DNA of 64,000 nt from Caldilineaceae bacterium (GTDB taxonomy: Bacteria > Chloroflexota > Anaerolineae > Caldilineales > Caldilineaceae): contig DAOUHY010000265.1 of assembly GCA_034428435.1 (NCBI GenBank), forward strand, positions 16,408-80,407, written 5' to 3'. A model generated the notes under the pieces. It was given only the letters and a program-made list of their open reading frames with translations. It was not told the origin of the DNA and made no database searches. Below are positions 43,477 to 52,126 of this stretch, one piece after another. Positions within the stretch are counted from its first letter, which is position 1. Each line of letters starts with the position of its first letter. The translations under genes and the position numbers were made by a program.

Positions 43477-43502
43477 GGGTCGTGCGACTAGCCGCACGAC
43501 CC
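43477..43502 (+). promoter_or_regulatory. GC-rich stem-loop between amt and the PII genes
   Basis: 10-bp stem GGGTCGTGCG / CGCACGACCC with loop ACTAGC. There is no following U-tract, so it is not a canonical terminator. Confidence 0.4.
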
Positions 43503-43549
43503 AACTCAAAATGCGGAAGGCTCCTCTTCCGATGGAGAGGAGATGAGCA

Positions 43550-43993
43550 ATGCTCAAGAAGGTTGAGGCCTATATTCGGCTCGAAAAGCTGACTGAGGTC
43601 AGGTCAGCACTGGTGGAGATCGGCGTTCCTGCAATCGATACGGTTGAAGTGCAGGGCCATGGTAGACAGACCGGCATCAAGTTGGCCGGACGACACAGCA
43701 GCTACACCGTCGACACTTTACCGCGTCTCCGACTAACGGTAGTCGTAAGTGAGGACGACGTTGCCCGTATCGTAGAGACGATCAGAGAGACTGCGGCTAC
43801 GGGGATGCAGGGCGACGGCGCCATTTATATCTGTCCTGTGGAAAACATCGTCCGGGTCAGCACTGGGGAGCAAGGCGCCGACGTTCTGGTCTATGAAGGA
43901 GATATCGACATCCAAGGAATGCTCTCGCCGCCCCCTGATCTAAGCGATTTCTTTGCCTTCTATCTGGAGAGGAAGTACAGAATAGAGGAGTGA
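43550..43993 (+). CDS. P-II family nitrogen regulator-like protein with atypical T-loop and C-terminal extension
   Basis: MLKKVEAYIRLEKL...VEVQGHGRQTGIKLAGRHSSYTVDTLPR...TGMQGDGAIYICPVE. There are 30+ aa beyond the PII core. GGAGAGGAG is the RBS. Confidence 0.88.
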   Translation: MLKKVEAYIRLEKLTEVRSALVEIGVPAIDTVEVQGHGRQTGIKLAGRHSSYTVDTLPRLRLTVVVSEDDVARIVETIRETAATGMQGDGAIYICPVENIVRVSTGEQGADVLVYEGDIDIQGMLSPPPDLSDFFAFYLERKYRIEE

Positions 43994-44054
43994 AAGGGGC
44001 TCTCTACCTTCCCCCAGGTCAGCGGAGCTTCTTCTGACACACAGGAGCAAAGCT

Positions 44055-44447
44055 GTGTTCAAAAAGATCGAAGCGTACATCCGAAATGAGAAGCTGGACA
44101 GCGTCAGGCTGGCTCTGATTGAGATTGGTGTCCCCGCTATCGATACTGTCGAAGTCCAGGGGCACGGCCGTCAGAGCGGAATCAAACTTACGGGACGGCA
44201 CAGCACCTACGTCGTCGACACTTTGCCGCGTATTCAGATGAATCTCGTTGTAGGTGAGGACGAGGTTGACCGGGTGGTGGAGACCATACAGAGGACGGCG
44301 GCAACCGGCACCCAGGGTGACGGCGCCATTTTCATATGTCCGGTGGAAACCATCCTCCGTATCAGCACGGGAGAGGAAGGCGACGACGCGCTCGTCTATG
44401 AGGGCGAAATTGATATCTCCGAACATCGGGTCGATCGAGATGGGTAG
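44055..44447 (+). CDS. P-II family nitrogen regulator-like protein, second paralog
   Basis: GTG start with an AGGAG RBS. VFKKIEAYIRNEKL...VEVQGHGRQSGIKLTGRHSTYVVDTLPR...TGTQGDGAIFICPVE. Confidence 0.88.
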   Translation: MFKKIEAYIRNEKLDSVRLALIEIGVPAIDTVEVQGHGRQSGIKLTGRHSTYVVDTLPRIQMNLVVGEDEVDRVVETIQRTAATGTQGDGAIFICPVETILRISTGEEGDDALVYEGEIDISEHRVDRDG

Positions 44448-44541
44448 ACTTTTCTCTCGCTAGCGGATCTTGCAGATCCAGTCGTCGAGAGGACCCCTGT
44501 TTACCCTACTGCAAGCAGTTACTCCCAAGAGCACACCTGAT

Positions 44542-44574
44542 GGCGGGCGGCGAGTGCCGTCCGCCTTTATCGTT
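44542..44574 (+). terminator. Putative intrinsic terminator after the PII pair
   Basis: GGCGGGCGGC-GAGT-GCCGTCCGCC (10 bp with one G-U) followed by TTTATCGTT. The T-tract overlaps the stop of the convergent permease gene. Confidence 0.5.
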
Positions 44575-45424
44575 CATTGAGCGGGTTGCGCCTCTCCCAG
44601 TAACGCACAAACAGAGACAGTCCTATGGTCATCACGAGATAAAGAAATGCGACGACGTTGTACGTTTCGAAAAAACGGAACGTGCTGGTGGCATAGAGCC
44701 TGCCCAACTGGGTGATGTCCTGTACGCCTAGAACTGACACAAGCGCCGAGTCTTTGAGCATGGCGATAAAGTCGTTGCCAAGCGGCGGCATCACGCGCCG
44801 AACGGCCTGGGGCAGGATCACATAGCGCATGGCCTGGCCCCTACTCATGCCAAGGCTGAGCGCCGCCTCCATCTGTCCCCTTTCCACGCTCTCGATTCCT
44901 GCCCGAAAGATCTCAGCGATGAAGGCGCTGTAGCCGATTACGAGCGCAAGGATTGCGCGGCTGGTAAAGGAGAGCTGGCGAATGCTGAACTCGGCTAGCG
45001 GCGTTCCGAAGAGGCCCAGACCGAGCCCCTGCAAGGCGGTTCCCGCCCAATTGAACAGATCCACAAGGCCCGGGGCCCCCACAAAGGCGATGTAGAAGAG
45101 AATCACCAGCATGGGCACGCCGCGGATAATCTCTACGTAGAAGGAAGCAGCTTCATAGATCGGGCGATTGCGGGAGACGCGGGCCAAGCCAAAGGCCAGA
45201 CCGACCATAAGGGCCAGACCAAAAGAAATCAGGCAGACGTACAGGGTCACGCCCACACCTTTGGACACGGCGTTAAAGATCAGATTGTAGTCTGCGTCGG
45301 CCAAGAGGCTCCAGAGGAGCAGCACTCCCAGGAGCAGCGCTAGCAGGAGCCAGTAGGGAAGGCGCGCGAAATAGTCGGCCGGAGAGCGCCGGGGACGGCC
45401 TTGAGGAGAGTCAGCTGCTGCCAC
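44567..45424 (-). CDS. Amino acid ABC transporter permease (His/Glu/Gln/Arg/opine family)
   Basis: EAA-loop region [22 protein letters not shown] and [17 protein letters not shown]. Confidence 0.93.
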   Translation of the reverse strand: MAAADSPQGRPRRSPADYFARLPYWLLLALLLGVLLLWSLLADADYNLIFNAVSKGVGVTLYVCLISFGLALMVGLAFGLARVSRNRPIYEAASFYVEIIRGVPMLVILFYIAFVGAPGLVDLFNWAGTALQGLGLGLFGTPLAEFSIRQLSFTSRAILALVIGYSAFIAEIFRAGIESVERGQMEAALSLGMSRGQAMRYVILPQAVRRVMPPLGNDFIAMLKDSALVSVLGVQDITQLGRLYATSTFRFFETYNVVAFLYLVMTIGLSLFVRYWERRNPLNER

Positions 45425-45502
45425 GTGTACAGAGAGGTGTAAGAGTTCGAGCGCAGAGAGCAGGGTACATCGTCAACAGGTCTCCCTGCGCTCGAAACTG
45501 CA

Positions 45503-47143
45503 TCAGTTCGGATCGTACAGGAAGAACCACTTTACATTCAGGTACTCGTTATAGCCGTCGGCCTTCATGGTCTGAATGGCTGCGTTGAAGGGTGCGGTCC
45601 ACGTGCTGCCGGGCGTGAAGATCAGGCCGAACTCTTCGGTCGCCAGTGCCTCGCCCACGATCTTGAGCGCTTCCGGGTTGGCGCCGATATAGCCGCGGCC
45701 GGATGCAGCATCGACCAACACCATATCTACATCTCCGGCGATCAGGGCCTGGACAGATGCTCCAAAGCTATCGAGCAGTTGAATGCGGGGGTTGGCCTCG
45801 TCGCCGTCCAGAATGTCGTACACGGCAGTGTAGAAGCCGGTCGTGCCGGCCTGCGCCCCGATCAGCAGTGACCCGTCCTCAGCGAATGCTTGCGGCGTAT
45901 CGAAGCGGTCCTCATCGGCGCGCACCAGCATAAACTGCTGGCTGGTCATATAGGCGTCGGAGAAGTCGACAACTTCAGCGCGTTCAGCCGTGATCGTGAT
46001 GCCGTCCATGCCGACGTCGAACTGTCCTTCGGCAACGGCCTGGATCATCGCTTCCCATGAGGTGACCTGCCAGTCGACAACACAGTTGAGGCGGCGGCAG
46101 ATCTCGTTGACCGCATCATATTCCCAGCCGACGGCTTCGCCGCTGCCCGGGTCGATGAAGTTGAGCGGAATGAAGTCGTTGCCCGTAACGGCAACGATTT
46201 CCGCGCCGCCCATGTCGGGCAGGCTGTCGTAGATGTCGGCGGCATTGGGATCGGTGAGGAAGAACCAGCGAGTATTCAGGTAGTCCAGGTAGCCGTCGTC
46301 CTTCATGGTGGCTAAGGCGGCGTTAAAGGGCGCGGTCCAGGTGCTGCCGGGCGTGAAGATAAAGCCGAACTCCTCGGTCGCCAGTGCTCCGCCCACGATC
46401 TTGAGCTTTTCCGGGTTGGCGCCGATATAGCCGCGGCCGGACGCAGCGTCAACCAGCACCATGTCGACGTCGCCGGCGATCAACGCCTGCACAGATGCGC
46501 CAAAGTTGTCCAACAGCTGGATGCGGGGGTTCGCTTCGTCGCCATCCAGAATGTCGTATACGGCGGTGTAGAAGCCGGTCGTACCGGCTTGGGCACCGAT
46601 CAGCAGCGACGCATCTGCGGCGAACGCGTCCGCCGTGTCGAATCGCTCTTCGTCGGCGCGGACAAGCATGAACTGCTGGCTGGTCATGTATGCGTCGGAG
46701 AAGTCCACCACCTCGGCGCGTTCAGCCGTTATCGTGATGCCGTCCATGCCGACGTCAAACTGGCCTTCGGCCACCGCTTGTATCATCGCCTCCCAAGAGG
46801 TGACCTGCCAGTCGACAACGCAGTTGAGGCGGCGGCAGATCTCGTTGACGGCGTCATATTCCCAGCCGACGGCTTCGCCGCTGGCCGGGTCGATGAAGTT
46901 AAGCGGAATGTAGTCGTTGCCCGTAACAGCAACGATCTCCGCGCCGTCCATATCAGGGAGGCTGTCGTAGACAACGTTTTTCATGCCGGCGGGGGCGGGG
47001 GAACCGGCGGCAGAGTCCTGCGACTGGGACCCGGCCTCACTTTCCATCGCTGCGGGCGCGCCAGGGACACAGGCGCCCAAGGCAAGCGCCAGCAGCAGGA
47101 AGATAGGCAAGGGGCGTAATATCACCGCGAATATCTTATTCAT
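45503..47143 (-). CDS. Amino acid ABC transporter substrate-binding lipoprotein with two tandem near-identical binding domains
   Basis: Lipobox LALALGAC. Residues 59-300 and 305-546 are the same SBP_bac_3-like domain repeated, with about 20 differences in 242 positions by hand count. Confidence 0.93.
   Translation of the reverse strand: MNKIFAVILRPLPIFLLLALALGACVPGAPAAMESEAGSQSQDSAAGSPAPAGMKNVVYDSLPDMDGAEIVAVTGNDYIPLNFIDPASGEAVGWEYDAVNEICRRLNCVVDWQVTSWEAMIQAVAEGQFDVGMDGITITAERAEVVDFSDAYMTSQQFMLVRADEERFDTADAFAADASLLIGAQAGTTGFYTAVYDILDGDEANPRIQLLDNFGASVQALIAGDVDMVLVDAASGRGYIGANPEKLKIVGGALATEEFGFIFTPGSTWTAPFNAALATMKDDGYLDYLNTRWFFLTDPNAADIYDSLPDMGGAEIVAVTGNDFIPLNFIDPGSGEAVGWEYDAVNEICRRLNCVVDWQVTSWEAMIQAVAEGQFDVGMDGITITAERAEVVDFSDAYMTSQQFMLVRADEDRFDTPQAFAEDGSLLIGAQAGTTGFYTAVYDILDGDEANPRIQLLDSFGASVQALIAGDVDMVLVDAASGRGYIGANPEALKIVGEALATEEFGLIFTPGSTWTAPFNAAIQTMKADGYNEYLNVKWFFLYDPN
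45506..46231 (-). repeat. Intragenic direct repeat, unit 2 (second binding domain)
   Basis: See unit 1. Confidence 0.9.
46244..46969 (-). repeat. Intragenic direct repeat, unit 1 (first binding domain)
   Basis: It aligns colinearly with 45506-46231 at a 738-nt period. Many of the nucleotide differences are synonymous. Confidence 0.9.
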
Positions 47144-47218
47144 CGTTGCTCCGTTCCAGGTTATTCACCTATTGGATTGATATGCATATTGCCGTCTTCC
47201 GAGTTTCAATGTCGTGTT

Positions 47219-48100
47219 TCAGACCGGCATCTGCCGCTTGGTGTGGGCGCGGCCGATTCGGGCCGTCTCCGGGTTATGGCCGCCGATCACGCGCACGCCG
47301 GCATCGATCCTTTGGAGGACATTCTCTGGGTTTGCGGGCTGGAGGAAGGCGACGCCGTTGGCCGCGCACGCCGCCTGCACGCGATCGCTTGCCTCCTGCA
47401 TTTCCGGTGGGAAAGTCGGAGGGCGCCGGCGATAGCCCAGGGAGATGCTCAGATCGCCCGGCCCCATTTCCGCGAATCCGATTCCGGGGACAGCGAGGAT
47501 TTCTTCGATGCGAGGCAAGGCGGCGGCCGACTCGATTTTGAGACCCAGCAACAGTTCGCCCTCCGGGTTGAGGGGCCAAGGGTCAGCTTTGTCGAGATAG
47601 TCTGCATAGTCGAGCCCCCAGGTTGCGGATGCGGTCGGCTCGGAGCCTACGCCGCGGCGCCCGGGCTGCAGCCCGTCGCCCACGCCAATACGATTGATAG
47701 GATAGCGGCAGCCTTCGACGAAGGCGGCGACCGCTTCAGGTGTCTCGGCCTGACAGAGCAGAATGCCATGAACGCCGCGGGCCAGAATCTGGCGGAACTG
47801 CCAGGCGTTGTAGCGCACGATGTCGGCCGAGGTGCCTTCAACCGGCGCCTCGACGATCACTGTGGGTGTACGGTGCCCGCTGGCGGTAGGCCCTCCTTCA
47901 ACCATCCCTTGCATGTAGCTTTCCAGGCCCCCCAAATTGAAGGCGCCGTGCTCCATGCCAACGTTGATGTAGTCGGACCAGATGGCGGCATCGGTGCGGC
48001 CTTGTTCGCGGGTAAGAACGTGGCCGGTGTGCCCGCCACTGTAGTAGATAGGCTGGCCCTGGTCCAGCAGTTCGATTGCCCGATTGACTCGGTTGGCCAT
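47219..48100 (-). CDS. HpcH/HpaI aldolase / citrate lyase beta-like family protein
   Basis: GLKIESAAALPRIEEILAVPGIGFAEMGPGDLS and GILLCQAETPEAV. 293 aa. Confidence 0.8.
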   Translation of the reverse strand: MANRVNRAIELLDQGQPIYYSGGHTGHVLTREQGRTDAAIWSDYINVGMEHGAFNLGGLESYMQGMVEGGPTASGHRTPTVIVEAPVEGTSADIVRYNAWQFRQILARGVHGILLCQAETPEAVAAFVEGCRYPINRIGVGDGLQPGRRGVGSEPTASATWGLDYADYLDKADPWPLNPEGELLLGLKIESAAALPRIEEILAVPGIGFAEMGPGDLSISLGYRRRPPTFPPEMQEASDRVQAACAANGVAFLQPANPENVLQRIDAGVRVIGGHNPETARIGRAHTKRQMPV

Positions 48101-48261
48101 TTGTTATCCCCTGTGCGAGTTGGCGTGTGAAGGCTTCTTAAAGTACGTAACCTGCGTCTGACACCGTTGCGCTTCGCGCGCGGCGCGAGTGAAAGAGACG
48201 CGCTCTACTTATTTTGTTTGGGAAGTGCGACAAAAGGGTGGCTTTTCAGAGCGACTTGCTG

Positions 48262-48912
48262 TCAGCCGGTTCCGTTGTCACGGCACTCCACATTGAGCCA
48301 TCCTGAGCGGAAAGGTTGGGCGGAGTCCGTTTCCGGGTCAAAGCGATGGCGCCAGATGCAGCCGTTGTCGTTGCCCAAGAGATGGAGTGACACAGACGTG
48401 TCCGGGCTGGTTGTGCGCACGCGATGGATGTCGTTTTCCGGCAACAGTTCGTAGAAGTCGCCTGGGCGCAGCATTTGGCGCACCGAAAGGGTCAATTTCG
48501 CGTGGGATTCAGTGCGGCCGTCGTCCTGACGGGTAAAGACCTCTTCTTCCTGCTCGCCCTTATAGAGACCCACAAGCCCCCAGGCCAGATGGTCATGCAC
48601 GGGAGTCTGGGCGCCCGGTGGTACAACCAGGGCTGAAAAGGCCAAGCCGCCTTCGCCGGCCCGATAGAGCAGCCACATGCCGATGCCGCCTCCCATGCCG
48701 CTCTCAGCGGATGGCTGCTGGAACTTTTGCGGCAGCCATGTTTGGTCGGCCAACAGTTCCACGAATTCGGGACGGACGGCAGCGACGATCTTGCGCGGGT
48801 CCGATTCGCGGGCACGCGTTGTGTTTACCGCACTGATAAATTGCCGCATGTGTGTATTGTCAAGCAGCCATTCGTCGGCGTGGGGAGCAGATGGCGGTGT
48901 CAAAGTCTGCAC
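48262..48912 (-). CDS. Cupin, cysteine dioxygenase type I / 3-mercaptopropionate dioxygenase-like
   Basis: PGAQTPVHDHLAWGLVGLYKGEQEE, ENDIHRV and SLHLLGNDNG. The GTG at 48912 with a GAGGAG RBS is preferred over the track start at 48987. Confidence 0.65.
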   Translation of the reverse strand: MQTLTPPSAPHADEWLLDNTHMRQFISAVNTTRARESDPRKIVAAVRPEFVELLADQTWLPQKFQQPSAESGMGGGIGMWLLYRAGEGGLAFSALVVPPGAQTPVHDHLAWGLVGLYKGEQEEEVFTRQDDGRTESHAKLTLSVRQMLRPGDFYELLPENDIHRVRTTSPDTSVSLHLLGNDNGCIWRHRFDPETDSAQPFRSGWLNVECRDNGTG

Positions 48913-49002
48913 GTGGATTTCTCCTCGAACTGCATCTGATGGAAATGGAGAAACATTGAAAGAGTCAATAGCAATGCGAGTTAACAAACTGACCTTAGTT
49001 GA

Positions 49003-49380
49003 TCATTTTGTTGTTTCGCTTGAATCGCCTTCGAGAGGTTGAAGTGACTGAGGTACAGGAGACAGGAGTTGTGATGAACAGGGTTCTTTTCTGCTGTAAA
49101 CGAAAACTCCGGCCAAAAGGGCGAGGCCTCCCGCCCCTATTATGCTGCCGGCTATTGGTGAACCGAGAAAGGAGGCAATAAGTCCCCCGATAAGCCCGAC
49201 AAGCGCAAGGACAAAACCGAAGAGTTGCCCCCGCTTCAGTATTTCCTGATTGCTCAGTATGAATTCTTTGTTGATGGTTAGTACGGCTTTTTCGACCTCA
49301 TGATCATGTGACTGTTGTCGCTCGAATAATTCAACAAAACGCCGGGGAAACTCCGGGTCAAGCTCTGCATATTCTTTCAT
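49003..49380 (-). CDS. DUF2335-like membrane protein
   Basis: MKEYAELDPEFPRRFVELFERQQSHDHEVEK followed by two Gly-rich TM helices. It lies in an AT-richer stretch. Confidence 0.65.
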   Translation of the reverse strand: MKEYAELDPEFPRRFVELFERQQSHDHEVEKAVLTINKEFILSNQEILKRGQLFGFVLALVGLIGGLIASFLGSPIAGSIIGAGGLALLAGVFVYSRKEPCSSQLLSPVPQSLQPLEGDSSETTK

Positions 49381-49545
49381 AAGGGCCGGCGGAGGAATCG
49401 GCCCGGAGAATAGAGAAGCAGAGACTGAACTCCGAAGTTCCGAACTTTTTTCATTATCTTAGGTGTCTGCTATAGAGACTGCGTCGTCATCCGGAGTAGT
49501 GGCAGGGGGATTGTCCATTAAGCCAACTTTTTGCGATAAAGGAAC

Positions 49546-49776
49546 TTACTCCTTGGCCGAAACAAATGCTCTTGACCAGGTTTGAGCGACTCTATTGCCG
49601 GTTTCAGCAATAGAGCCGACCTTGCTTCGCCCTACTGTGGGCGTTGCACCAGGCATTAGGACGGCAACTGAGCCAACCCCAAGGACAAAAGAATGAAGCC
49701 TTGTCCTTCTTGAGTTATCAAGTTCATCAAAGTGGTGGGCACCTAGTGAACCAGCCTTGTTTCTCAACTGTGGCAT
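49546..49776 (-). CDS. Hypothetical small protein
   Basis: An ORF with a purine-rich sequence before the ATG at 49776. I recognise no motif and the composition is only weakly protein-like. Confidence 0.25.
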   Translation of the reverse strand: MPQLRNKAGSLGAHHFDELDNSRRTRLHSFVLGVGSVAVLMPGATPTVGRSKVGSIAETGNRVAQTWSRAFVSAKE

Positions 49777-49938
49777 ATCTCCTCTCCGTCCGGACGAAAC
49801 TGGCACACAATAGCTTTGTCACCCTCAGTTCGATTCCGTCTCACCGTAGCGGTACTATAGCATCAGGTCTGTAAGGATCCTATCAGTTGCACTGCTGCTG
49901 GGGCGCTTTTCCAGCCGCTGCCTCAATTGCCGCCATGC

Positions 49939-50862
49939 TCAAACTGGGTTCTCTTCGGTGGCGTGTTTAGTGGCGAACTGAGCAAAGTAGAAGAACTCCG
50001 TCGGCTCCAGGTCGGTGCGATCACCCAGGTAACGCCGCTTCTGCTCCTCGGGGGGCATCATCTCTACCTCTGTGTAGCCATGCCGGGCCATCATGTCGCT
50101 CAACGACTGCGGCGTAAAGTCGGTCAGCATGGGCTCACCTCGGCGCGCCACGAATCCTTCCATCTTTTCGCAGAGCGTTCGCCACTCCTGAGTCATCATG
50201 TGTTTGGCGATTTTAAAATCGAAGACGATACGGCTCCCCGGTGCAGATTTTTGGGCAACCCGGTCGAGGGTATCCCGAATTGCCTCCGGCGTCAGGTAAT
50301 AGGTTACGCCGAGCCAGGAGTAGAACGCCGGTTGTTGAGAGTTGAAGCCCGCTTTTTCCATTTCCTCATCCAACCGGTCGACCTCAAAGTCGACTGGTAC
50401 AAAGGTGAGATTGTCAGGAATGCTCCCGTTTGCCTTCAGAATGCGCTGCCTTTTTACCTCCTGCGTAGCCGGGTGGTCCACTTCGAAGACGCGCACTTTG
50501 TCGGCCAGATCTTTGCGGCGCAGGGCGAAAGTATCGTGGCCGGCACCGAGAATCACATACTGTTCAGTGCCTGATTCGACTGCCTCAACCAGCTGGTCCT
50601 CCGTATAGCGGGAACGCAGAACAACTGCAGGATAGACGGGGCGGTAGACGCCCAGGATCACATCGCCGACAAGCCATTTGAGCGGCCTGTATTTTGCGAC
50701 CGCATGCCAGAAGGGTGTCAGCATTTGCATTGCGAAAGTATCTTCAAAGATGTGCGGCGGGTCGTGCCAGCGCAGGTGCACGGCGCGGATGGTCGCGACC
50801 AGAACGGCTGTCTTGCTCGTGTCTTTTGAGCGGCTGCGAGGTGTATTTTCCGAGTTAGTCAT
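49939..50862 (-). CDS. Class I SAM-dependent methyltransferase (TIGR00027/Leu carboxyl methyltransferase-like)
   Basis: TAVLVATIRAVH, VILGAGHDTF, FEVDHPATQ and YSWLGVTYYL. Confidence 0.85.
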   Translation of the reverse strand: MTNSENTPRSRSKDTSKTAVLVATIRAVHLRWHDPPHIFEDTFAMQMLTPFWHAVAKYRPLKWLVGDVILGVYRPVYPAVVLRSRYTEDQLVEAVESGTEQYVILGAGHDTFALRRKDLADKVRVFEVDHPATQEVKRQRILKANGSIPDNLTFVPVDFEVDRLDEEMEKAGFNSQQPAFYSWLGVTYYLTPEAIRDTLDRVAQKSAPGSRIVFDFKIAKHMMTQEWRTLCEKMEGFVARRGEPMLTDFTPQSLSDMMARHGYTEVEMMPPEEQKRRYLGDRTDLEPTEFFYFAQFATKHATEENPV

Positions 50863-51099
50863 GGTTTGATATCTCCGTGGCTGAGCGGCCTCGGCGGCAG
50901 TAGTTCAGTACCTTTTGGGCGAGAGCTGATCAGATTTCCATCCCTCGGGGCGGAATGGTATCAGGAGATAGTTTCATAGTAACATACAGGTCGTGCTGGT
51001 TTCAAACCATAGCAGATTTTGAAGTGTTGCCGGGAACAGGGGTCTTGTCTTCGAATGAGCCTTTTATTCGGGGGCGACCTATCGCGAGGAGAGCGATCG

Positions 51100-52122
51100 A
51101 TGAACAACATTCCGCAGAGGGGAGTTGGTAGTACAGGGACATCAGTGACCGAGTTTGGGCTGGGAACGGCGCCTCTAGGTGACCTGTTCGAGGTGCTTGA
51201 AGAAGGTGCGGCGCAGGGTGTATTGCAGACGGCCTGGGATGTCGGCGTGCGGTTCTTTGATACGTCGCCATTCTACGGCAATGGCAAGAGCGAACACCGC
51301 GTCGGCCACTTCCTGCGACAGAAACCACGGGACGAGTACGTACTCTCCACCAAAGTTGGGCGTGTGTTCCGGCCGGCGCACGATCTTGCCACTTTCGATC
51401 CCGGCCCTTTCATCGGGGCGCTGCCGTTTGAATTCAGCGTCGATTACAGCTACGACGGCATCATGCGTTCTTACGAAGACAGCCTGCAGCGGCTCAGCCT
51501 ACCCAATGTGGATCTGCTGGTGATTCACGACCTGGACTTTTACTTCTACGAAACCGAGGCCCGCGTAAACGCGTATCTCAATCAACTGTTTACGAGCGGA
51601 TGGCGTGCTCTTGACGAGCTGCGCAGCCACGGTCTGATAAAGGGGGTGGGCGCGGGCATAAACGAGTTGGGGATGATTCCACGCTTTCTCGATCTTGTCG
51701 AGCTTGACTTCTTTCTGGTCGCCTACGGCTATAACTTGCTGACGCAGGAGATGTTGGAGGAGGAGTTCCCCCTTTGCGAGCAGAGGGGAATCAGTGTCGT
51801 AATCGGGGCGGTGTTCGCTTCGGGGATTCTGGCAACCGGCGCGGTGCCGGGCGCCATGTACTTCTACGCACCTGCCTCACAGGCGATGATGGAGAGGACG
51901 GAACGGATCGAGCAGGTATGCCAGCGACACCAGACGCCGCTGCCCTGCGCTGCGTTGCAGTTTTTGCTGGCCAACCCGGTCGTGTCTGCCATCATTCCCG
52001 GCGCGGTCGAAGCAGCACATGTACAAGCGAACTACAGCCTGCTTCAGAGGCCAATCCCGGCGGATTTGTGGAAGGAACTGAAAGCCGAGGGGCTACTCAG
52101 GGAGGATGCTCCCACTCCCTAA
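51100..52122 (+). CDS. Aldo/keto reductase
   Basis: GLGTAPLG, FDTSPFYGNGKSE and VIHDLD. The ATG at 51100 with a GAGGAG RBS is preferred over the track start at 51019. Confidence 0.9.
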   Translation: MNNIPQRGVGSTGTSVTEFGLGTAPLGDLFEVLEEGAAQGVLQTAWDVGVRFFDTSPFYGNGKSEHRVGHFLRQKPRDEYVLSTKVGRVFRPAHDLATFDPGPFIGALPFEFSVDYSYDGIMRSYEDSLQRLSLPNVDLLVIHDLDFYFYETEARVNAYLNQLFTSGWRALDELRSHGLIKGVGAGINELGMIPRFLDLVELDFFLVAYGYNLLTQEMLEEEFPLCEQRGISVVIGAVFASGILATGAVPGAMYFYAPASQAMMERTERIEQVCQRHQTPLPCAALQFLLANPVVSAIIPGAVEAAHVQANYSLLQRPIPADLWKELKAEGLLREDAPTP

Positions 52123-52126
52123 GCGT

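Noticed and set aside
49828-49837. GTTCGATTCC, a T-loop-like sequence that might mark a tRNA gene or att-site remnant in the AT-richer islet.
   Set aside because: The flanking bases (CTCAG / CCGTC) cannot form a T-stem. No acceptor, anticodon or D arms could be folded on either strand.
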